From Chthoniobacteraceae bacterium (GTDB lineage: Bacteria; Verrucomicrobiota; Verrucomicrobiia; Chthoniobacterales; Chthoniobacteraceae), in the NCBI GenBank assembly GCA_040081625.1, contig JBEBGD010000042.1, forward strand, positions 1 to 41,656: a DNA stretch of 41,656 nt, given 5' to 3'. The position numbers were made by a program, and so were the translations under genes. Positions 38,427-41,656 of this stretch are shown here, piece by piece. The notes beneath the pieces were generated by a model. It had not been told where the DNA came from. It saw only the letters and a program-made list of their open reading frames with translations, and made no database searches. Position 1 is the first letter of the stretch. Each line of letters begins with the position of its first letter.

Positions 38427-39371
38427 GTGCAGGAACCTTCTCCATGGCTCTCGCGGCTTGCGAAGCTCGTCGTGGTCGCCGCGTTCTGGGTGATCCTCGT
38501 CGGCGGCCACACCACCACGACGGGCGCGGGCATGGCCTTCCCCGACTGGCCGCTGAGCGACGGCTCGCTCAATCCCGACGGCTGGCTCACTGACTGGATG
38601 AAAGGCCTCGAGCACAGCCACCGCCTCAGCGCCGGCTTCGTCGCCTCCCTCTCGATCATCCTCTTCGTCTGGCTCAGGAATGTGCGCGCGAGTGTCCCGC
38701 CCGGCACCGTCTCACTCGCGGGATGGGCGGCCCTCGCCGTCCTCGCGCAAGCGCTCCTCGGCGGCCTGCGCGTGGTGCTCGATCCGCAAGGCATCGCGCC
38801 CACCACGAGCGGCATCGCCACCACCTTCCGCGTCCTTCACGGCTGCTTCGCGCAGGTTTTCCTCGTCCTCGCCGTCGTGCTCGCCGCGCGCCTCTCGCCG
38901 GTCTGGCTCGCGCTCGCTCCCGAGGAAAGCGCGCCGCGCATCCGCCGCCTCGCCATCATCGCCATCGGCCTCTACTTCGCGCAGCTCATCGTCGGCGCCG
39001 CCATGCGCCATCCCGGCGCCGGCCTCGCGATTCCGACCTGGCCGAAAGTTGGCGACGCATGGCTCCCCGCGCAGTGGAGCGTCTTCATCATCCTCAATTT
39101 CCTGCACACCCGCGTCATCGCCGTCCTGCTCGCCGGGCACGTCATCGGCCTCGTGCCCCGCCTGCTCCGCTGCACGCGCCGCCTTTCCCGTCCGGGCCTC
39201 GCCCTCGTCGCACTGGTCGCCGTGCAGGTCGCGCTCGGCGTCCTCGTCATCTGGAAGGCGAAGCACCCGCACATCACCACCGCGCACGTCTTCAACGGCG
39301 CCGCCATCCTCGCGTGTGCCGTGTTGCTTGCGGCGCGGGCCGGGCGATCATCCGAACTCGCCAAGACTTGA
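38427..39371 (+). CDS. ctaA: Heme A synthase (CtaA/COX15)
   Basis: DWP, EHSHR, QALLGG, LHG, QLIVGA, FLHTR, TAH; about 8 TM. Confidence 0.85.
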   Translation: MQEPSPWLSRLAKLVVVAAFWVILVGGHTTTTGAGMAFPDWPLSDGSLNPDGWLTDWMKGLEHSHRLSAGFVASLSIILFVWLRNVRASVPPGTVSLAGWAALAVLAQALLGGLRVVLDPQGIAPTTSGIATTFRVLHGCFAQVFLVLAVVLAARLSPVWLALAPEESAPRIRRLAIIAIGLYFAQLIVGAAMRHPGAGLAIPTWPKVGDAWLPAQWSVFIILNFLHTRVIAVLLAGHVIGLVPRLLRCTRRLSRPGLALVALVAVQVALGVLVIWKAKHPHITTAHVFNGAAILACAVLLAARAGRSSELAKT

Positions 39372-40276
39372 AGACCGACGCCGCACTCACCCTCGACAAC
39401 GAACGTGAAGACCTCGCCGAGCCCGGCCTGCTCAGCGACATCTTCACGCTCACCAAGGCGCGCCTGAGCCTGCTCGTCATCATCACCACCCTCGTCGGCT
39501 ACTGCCTAGCGAGCGCCAGCCCGCTCAACTGGATGGGCCTGCTCAACGCCACGCTCGGCACCGCGCTCGCCGCAGCCGGCGCCGGTGCGCTCAACCAATG
39601 GCTCGAAGTCCGCGTCGATCGCCTCATGGAACGCACGCGCACCCGCCCACTGCCCGCCGGGCGCATGAGCCGCACGACGGCATTCATCATCGGCACCGCG
39701 CTCAGTGCCAGCGGCGTCGCGTGGCTCGCGTGGACCTGCAACGCCACCAGCGCATGGCTCGCCGCCGCGACCGTCATCACCTACCTCGCGCTCTACACGC
39801 CGCTCAAGCGCAAGACCTCGCTCTGCACGATCGTCGGCGCCATCTCCGGCGCGCTCCCGCCGATGATCGGTTGGACGGCCGCGAGTCCGTCCTTCGATCT
39901 CGGCGCGTGGGTGCTCTTCGGCATCCTCTTCACGTGGCAAATGCCGCACTTCCTCGCCATCGCGTGGATGTATCGCGACGAATATGCGCAGGCCGGCTTC
40001 GTCATGTTGCGCCGCGACGACACGAGCGGCTCATCCACCGCGTTCGAGGCGCTTGGCTTCACCGGCGCGCTCATCGCGATCACGATGATCCCGTTCTGGT
40101 CCGGGATGCTCACCGAGACCTATCTGAGCGGCGCGCTGATGCTCGATGCCGCGATGGCGGGCGCGGCGGTGTGGTTCCTCGCCGACCGATCGCGCACCTC
40201 GGCGCGCGCGCTATTCTTCGCGTCGATCATCTTCCTCCCGCTACTGCTCGGCCTCATGGTCGTGACCAAGGCGTGA
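39368..40276 (+). CDS. ctaB: Heme O synthase (protoheme IX farnesyltransferase)
   Basis: LTKARL, D..MERT..RPLP.GR, YTPLKR, GALPP.IGW, WQMPHF.AIAW.YRDEY. TTG start at 39368 assumed. Confidence 0.92.
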   Translation: MKTDAALTLDNEREDLAEPGLLSDIFTLTKARLSLLVIITTLVGYCLASASPLNWMGLLNATLGTALAAAGAGALNQWLEVRVDRLMERTRTRPLPAGRMSRTTAFIIGTALSASGVAWLAWTCNATSAWLAAATVITYLALYTPLKRKTSLCTIVGAISGALPPMIGWTAASPSFDLGAWVLFGILFTWQMPHFLAIAWMYRDEYAQAGFVMLRRDDTSGSSTAFEALGFTGALIAITMIPFWSGMLTETYLSGALMLDAAMAGAAVWFLADRSRTSARALFFASIIFLPLLLGLMVVTKA

Positions 40277-40875
40277 AGATCGCGCCCGCGCTCCTGCTCG
40301 CCGCGTTCGTGCTCGCCGCCTGCAAGAGGCAGGAGCCCTTCGAGATTCTCGAGGCTCCGCCGCAACCCGGCCTGCAAAAGTATTGGCAGGTGCCGAGCTT
40401 CACGCTCACCGAACGCAGCGGCCAGCCGCTCACGCGCGCCGATCTCGCCGGAAATGTCTGGGTCGCCGACTTTTTCTACACCACCTGCCCGGGCCCGTGC
40501 CCGATGATGACGAGCCGCCTCGTGGCGCTCCAGGAAAGGCTCGGCACAAAGGACGACGTGCGCCTCGTGTCGATCTCGCTCGATCCCGCGAAGGACACAC
40601 CCGAAGTGCTGCGGCAATACGCGGAGCGATTCAAGGCCGGCGCGAACTGGCTCTTCTGCACCGGTGACAAGACGGCGATCTACGAACTCGTCTCGAAGGG
40701 CTTCAAGCTCTCCGCCGTCGAGGAGCGCAACAATCCGGAGCCGATCATCCACAGCACCAAGCTCGTGCTCGTCGATCGCGCCGGCTGGGTGAGGGGATTC
40801 TACGAAGGCGTCGGCGAGGACCAGAACGCAAAGCTCGCCGCCGACATCGATCGGTTGCGCACCGAACAACCATGA
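40273..40875 (+). CDS. SCO1/SenC family copper chaperone (lipoprotein)
   Basis: Lipobox LAAC, FFYTTCPGPCP, DPAKDTP, HSTKLVLVD. Confidence 0.9.
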   Translation: MKIAPALLLAAFVLAACKRQEPFEILEAPPQPGLQKYWQVPSFTLTERSGQPLTRADLAGNVWVADFFYTTCPGPCPMMTSRLVALQERLGTKDDVRLVSISLDPAKDTPEVLRQYAERFKAGANWLFCTGDKTAIYELVSKGFKLSAVEERNNPEPIIHSTKLVLVDRAGWVRGFYEGVGEDQNAKLAADIDRLRTEQP

Positions 40876-41321
40876 CCATCGCCGACTTTCCCGCCATCAA
40901 TGCGAGCCTCAACGCGCTCGCGACCTTCTTCATCGTGCTCGGCCTCGCCTTCATCAAAGCCGAACGCAAGCTCGCGCACATCGTTTGCATGGTCGCCGCG
41001 CTCGTCAGCTCCACGGCCTTCCTCGCGTGCTATCTCACCTATCACTACCTGAAGGCGGGTCACGTCACCCTCTTTACGCACGAGGGCTGGCCGCGCTCGC
41101 TCTACTTTTTCATCCTTGGCACCCACACGCCTCTCGCGGTCGTGGTGCTGCCATTCATCATCCTCACGGTCGCCCGCGCGCTCCAAGCTCGCTACGACGC
41201 CCACCGGAAGTGGGCGAAGATCGCCGCTCCAATCTGGCTCTACGTCTCGGTCACCGGCGTGCTCATCTACCTGATGCTCTACGTTTGGTATCCGCCTGCG
41301 GTCGTCGCTGCGGCAAACTGA
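40872..41321 (+). CDS. DUF420 family membrane protein (oxidase assembly associated)
   Basis: PAINASLN, H..CM, FL..YLTYH, YFFIL.TH, IWLYVSVTGV.IY. Confidence 0.88.
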   Translation: MTIADFPAINASLNALATFFIVLGLAFIKAERKLAHIVCMVAALVSSTAFLACYLTYHYLKAGHVTLFTHEGWPRSLYFFILGTHTPLAVVVLPFIILTVARALQARYDAHRKWAKIAAPIWLYVSVTGVLIYLMLYVWYPPAVVAAAN

Positions 41322-41327
41322 TGCCGC

Positions 41328-41543
41328 CTACTGGAGCCGATAGACTATACGCGCCTTATTGATGTCGTAAGGGGACATCTCCAGCTTCACGCGGTCACCA
41401 TTGGTCAGGCGAATGAAGCGCTTGCGCATCTTGCCCGAAATGTGGGCGAGCACCGGGTGCTTGTTGTCGAGTTCCACTCGGAACATCGTGCCCGGAAGCA
41501 CGTCGGTGATCCGGCCTTCGGTCTCGATAATTTGTTCGGACAT
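41328..41543 (-). CDS. infA: Translation initiation factor IF-1
   Basis: [39 protein letters not shown]. Confidence 0.96.
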   Translation of the reverse strand: MSEQIIETEGRITDVLPGTMFRVELDNKHPVLAHISGKMRKRFIRLTNGDRVKLEMSPYDINKARIVYRLQ

Positions 41544-41558
41544 TAATAAAGTGGTGTG

Positions 41559-41600
41559 AAAAAGAAGGCGAGGCGCCCCTTTCGGAACGCCCCGCCTCTT
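41559..41600 (-). terminator. Rho-independent terminator
   Basis: Minus strand AAGAGGCGGGGCGTTCC-GAAA-GGGGCGCCTCGCCTTCTTTTT: GC stem, GAAA loop and U tract, just after the stop at 41616. Confidence 0.75.
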
Positions 41601-41615
41601 GAATCGATATTCGGA

Positions 41616-41654
41616 TTAGTAGCGGTTGCCACCAGCGAACTGGCGCCCACCACC
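41616..41654 (-). CDS. 3' end of a gene with a Gly-rich tail (possibly RRM RNA-binding protein), truncated by window edge
   Basis: Reads GGGRQFAGGNRY*, followed by a terminator; only 12 codons visible. Confidence 0.4.
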   Translation of the reverse strand, partial: GGGRQFAGGNRY

Positions 41655-41656
41655 AC

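Overview
GC-rich bacterial chromosome segment; gene content and protein style suggest Verrucomicrobia, possibly Spartobacteria (inference, no database search). 1-16.9 kb is mostly housekeeping: MetE-like (5' partial), LysM/YkuD-like protein, argD-argF, sucD, FAH-family hydrolase, DMFase-beta-like protein, EamA transporter, valS, hisC, mcsB-mcsA-ilvE and a GT2 enzyme. 16.9-21.4 kb is an accessory patch: a GT-C-like membrane protein, two tandem paralogous membrane proteins, a degenerate 21-bp-period array, a 35-bp-arm hexamer hairpin and an orphan coiled-coil/FN3-like gene. 21.45-41.3 kb is one co-directional ~20 kb respiratory cluster behind a perfect Rex/CRP-type palindrome: alternative complex III (actABCDEF, actG-like), a CcoN-like protein lacking all six heme/Cu His ligands, CcoO-like and further c-type cytochromes, an intact A1-type aa3 oxidase and assembly genes. 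infA and the 3' end of a Gly-rich gene close the window. The best candidates for undescribed biology are the ligand-less CcoN/CcoO module between ACIII and aa3, and the 21-bp array + hairpin + orphan gene module. No rRNA, tRNA, CRISPR or transposase was recognised.
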